Source: Tubiluchus corallicola (taxonomy: Eukaryota; Animalia; Priapulida). From it: a stretch of DNA of 52,979 bases. Positions 49,139 through 52,979 of this stretch are shown here, one piece after another. The stretch spans positions 1 through 52,979 of the forward strand of contig JAQGDQ010001239.1 in assembly GCA_030141605.1 (NCBI GenBank), given 5' to 3'. The position numbers and the translations under genes were made by a program. Under the pieces are notes generated by a model that was not told where the DNA came from, did no database searches, and was given only the letters and a program-made list of their open reading frames with translations. Each line of letters starts with the position of its first letter. Position 1 is the stretch's first letter.

Positions 49139-50300
49139 TATCTGAGTTATGGCATTCTCGCCTGGGGTAGTGCTTCAGCATCGGTCTTAAAATCATTGGT
49201 CTCTAAACAAAACAAGATTATCAAACTTATAACATTTACTAGCAAAAGGGAACATGTAACACCTTTGTATTTGCAACTAAATCTACTAAAAGTTCATGAT
49301 CTGTATAAATTAGAATTGCTCAAGTTTGTACATAAATTCAAAAATAATTCACTTCCAGATCTCTTCAGCAATTATTATACTTTAGCATGTCACATGCATC
49401 ACCACTCTACTAGGTTTGCTACAACCCAATCTTATTTTATTGAAAGATTTAACTCATCTAAAGGCCAGAATTCTTTAAAACACCAAGGATCTTTGCTGTG
49501 GAATTCATTACCAGACCAGTTAAAGTCCAGTAACTACAAAAAGTTAATTTTAAACTATAAAAAACAACTTATTGCAGGATACAAATAAATGAGACATTTT
49601 GCTTATATACTTGTAATACTATACATATTTTTTTCATTGCTACGACACTTAAAGATTTTGTTTAAGTTTTTGTTATATTTTAATTTTATTTTGTCTGATT
49701 TACAGTTGAAGTAGTTTTTCGATGGTTTAATTTATTATATTTTCTTTCTCAACAAATTCAGTCATTGATGTTATTATTACAACATTTCAGTTTTGTTTTT
49801 TCTTATTTGCTTCTGTTTCTTCTTTTGTTTTGTATGATTTATATTTGCCTTATTTTTCCTTGGTTTAATCTATTATATTTTTTTCTCGACAGCTTTGGTT
49901 GATCATTCTACTGTTTTTTGTTTTTTTTGCCGGATTTTTTAGTTAATGCTCAAATCATGCATTTTCTGTTATCTTAAAAATCTCAAGTTATTTTTATTGT
50001 GTTTGCTTCGCATGATTCATAGTATTTTAGAATTGTAAATCTTTCGTTATTTAAACTATATGTTCTACAGTATTACGATACCTATCATTCAATTGCCAAA
50101 TTAACACACATCAACCGAATACAAGTTTAAATTGATAACGACGCCATAATTAAGTTTATTTAATCATAACTATTTAAGGGTGGCTGACTTGATAACCTAC
50201 GGGTTCTTCGCTGCCCTTCTCCTTTGCTTCAAAATATTCCATGTATTCTTTATACTGTATTTTTATCGTTCTAACGGAGATAATAAATAATTGAATTGAA
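49139..50300 (+). mobile_element. 5'-truncated L2/CR1-group LINE: ORF2 C-terminus (49139-49588), long 3' UTR and (AATTG)n tail
   Basis: YLSYGILAWGS...QNKIIK...HVTPLY..LNLLKV.DLYKL...HHSTR...GS.LWNSLP is a typical post-RT domain; 3' stem-loop at 50176-50218; aataaa followed by aattgaattgaa. Confidence 0.9.
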
Positions 50301-51078
50301 TAGTTTAAACCAACTGCCTTAATGTACCTTGGGCTCCAAATTCATAGCAATATGAAATAGAAAACTCATATCAATACTATAACAACAAAACTAAGTTAAA
50401 CGAAATGGTTTAATAACATTTAAAACTTTCAAGCAGCTAATAACAATACCAACAAATGGATTGTAAAGTTTAACAACATGCAAAAAACCACAATAGATTA
50501 TTATAATTCCTACACTGTAGATTCATTGATAACATGTGCAATACCAGTAATTAAGAACTATGAGAGATAAGGCCGTATGGTGGCAAAACACTAACTTTTG
50601 TGACTCGTAATTCATGATCAGGGCCTAATAACTAAATCTTTATTGCTGAGATAACACAGTTGAAATGCATAATTGGTTGTTTTTATTTGCGAATATAAAT
50701 GATTATAATTTATTCACTGCCACTGAATCTTAACAATTATGTACCCGACGGGTTTAAGTAAAAGGATACCCGAGTCTGATTTTTGCTACCCCTGTAAGAC
50801 TACAGTCAGATTTCTTTATTAAGATCTACTGTACAGTTTAATTGGTTGGCATGTTTGACATTAAATTGCTATCATAATGCATTTGAACTTTGTATTAAGC
50901 AATGCATCACTATAAATTTAGTTGAACATGTATAACAAAAATTGAAATTGTGACTGCGTATGACTAATAATTAAAAGGAACATCCCTTGATTTCTCTTGA
51001 CACTTTAACTTAAATTTCCAGTCTGAAATTGTAATACATTATCATCTTTGACAGCTTCTTGGGATTCTAAAATGAATG

Positions 51079-51200
51079 CAGGGATGAGAATTTTCCTCGG
51101 ATACGCGGAATTCCGAGTTTTTGGAAGACCAGTAGTGCCATTTTTATAAATCGCGTAAATCCGTTGAGAAAATTTTTACGGACCCAGTACATTATTTCAC
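51079..51200 (+). mobile_element. Possible hAT-type terminus
   Basis: cagggatgagaatt followed by cggaattccg/aatccg subterminal motifs; partner TIR not in the window. Confidence 0.4.
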
Positions 51201-52144
51201 AAGCTGGCCGCTAGTTGGCAGGCCGCTCCTATGCAAAAAGTATCTAAATACAAACTTGTGATTAAAATACAAAACACACATTTTCTAAATAATAACAAAG
51301 TGTAATATGTATAGTGTATACAACATGTTACAGCTAAGGCCTATAAATTTGCTTTTACGTTAATAGATATAATAATAATATATCAAGTAAAGGAACAAGT
51401 CTTGGCATACATTTGTTACATCTTTCTGTACAACAAAATACTTACACATACAAGATACATTCGGCATGATGGAACTAAAACTAATCAAGTCCCAATACAC
51501 GCACCTTTAATCATGAATGGCAAGATTTACTTAGGGCAGCCAATATAAAAGGAAATATGATTACAAGCGTGAACATCCAAACAAGTGCTATGTACAAATG
51601 TAAATTAATTTCTTTATACAGTTCACACCTTGGTACAATGCACATTTATAACGTTCACATTTTTATAACACATTACACTTGAAAGTCCAGAATTTGTATA
51701 ATATATGATTTACAGCTTAACGAGTATTGCTTTATTTCAATATGAATGTCATAAGTTATATAGCAACCCAAAATGCTTAGTTTGTAGACAGTGCAGCTAG
51801 AAATATGTCAAAATGCAATGCCTGTTTCTCATAAAGCAGAAATAACTGAAATGTAATATAAAATGGTAACCTCCAGCAGACATATCTAGTAACCCAGATA
51901 TCAAAACTGAATGGATAAAAGATAATCATACCTTTCTATGCGATATTATAAGGTTTCACCACCTACAAAGCTCTCTTTAAAGTGCTTGAAGGACAAAAAC
52001 ACATATTTTCAGTTAAAAATGCAGTATCACGAAATTTGCTACAGTATTACAAAAACTCTATTATAATTCGAAGTTTTAAAAAAATTATAAATGTATGTAT
52101 CTATTTTGCACTCATTTAAAGGTATTTAGTTTTAGTTTTACGGC

Positions 52145-52220
52145 ATTCCAATTGACGTCAAACATATTGGTCTATTGCTCCGCCTCCACTGTGACGTACG
52201 CACGCTCAGCGGCATTTGGG
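52145..52220. promoter_or_regulatory. Promoter-like motif cluster
   Basis: TGACGTCA at 52153, ATTGG, GC-box-like ctccgcctcc and tgacgta within 60 bp; no associated gene identified. Confidence 0.25.
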
Positions 52221-52979
52221 ATAACAGCTCATGCTGGACAACAACTGTCTAAACTAAACTAAACTAAACAACATGACAGTCACAACTAATGTCTAATCAG
52301 CAGATATCAGTTTGTTAATACAAATGTGTAGTGTTGTATATGGTCTCGAGTTCCAGTAGCCTTCCAACTACCTTTGAGCCAAATGTCTAATTAACCGTGC
52401 ATGCAGCAGGTTAGCGCATAATCGCTTTTCCACTGTTTTCCTATTTGTTGCTGCACTTTTGTATCCTCTAGAGATGAAATTTGTCAAGTATGCTACCACA
52501 GGGTGAATTACCTCCCCAAGGCAAGTTGGCACGTTTTGCTAATTTTTGGCACATTTTCGCATCTAATGTATATTTGATATGCTTTTAGTAAAGTTATTTG
52601 ATAATGTATATTGTATAAAAAGGCCCATAATATGATGCTTTCATACATGAGAAATAAGAAACAGTTCGGCAAAGTTTCCAACAGCTAATAGGCCTTGAGG
52701 TGTGTTCGGCATATTTTATTCTTGTCTTGTAGTATAATTCTTTCTGTAAATTGCATTTATTTATATCGTTTTAGTAATAAACAAAAAAATCGCAAAAAGT
52801 ATTGATTACAAGCACTCACAATAATTTGTTTTATTTGCACGTTCCCAAATAATAGTTACATGTACAAGCGAACATTTACACTGACCTGATAGTACATTAA
52901 AACAAAACAAAAATTTATTTCTTTTTCCTTCAAACCACGATTTTCATACGGCTATGATTGTCTTATGTTCTATACAAAA

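Noticed and set aside
51370-51660. Possible minus-strand LINE 3' remnant
   Set aside because: Too degenerate; no convincing ORF2 motif

Overview
AT-rich, repeat-dense animal genomic DNA, probably from a bilaterian invertebrate; a lophotrochozoan origin is suggested but not proven by the perlucin-like lectin, the 5S sequence and the element types. The one well-supported gene is a 3-exon secreted C-type lectin on the minus strand (about 36109-38907, about 177 aa, EPN/WND motifs, probable GC-AG intron). There is also an orphan CpG-rich exon at 12696-13109 with a possible upstream CCAAT/TATA promoter. About 25 mutually unrelated minisatellite arrays (units 16-158 bp) cover roughly 12 kb, mostly in the first 33 kb. 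Other content: microsatellites, an intact hAT MITE with an 8-bp TSD, a pogo/Tigger remnant, a 5'-truncated L2/CR1-group LINE, a 5S rRNA-derived fragment with a tetranucleotide tail, several decayed intronless ORFs, CTCF-like motifs, and a ~700-bp-arm inverted repeat with patchy identity. Most long ORFs in the supplied track are repeat artefacts. No CRISPR array or prokaryotic features were seen. All identities and counts are by-eye estimates.
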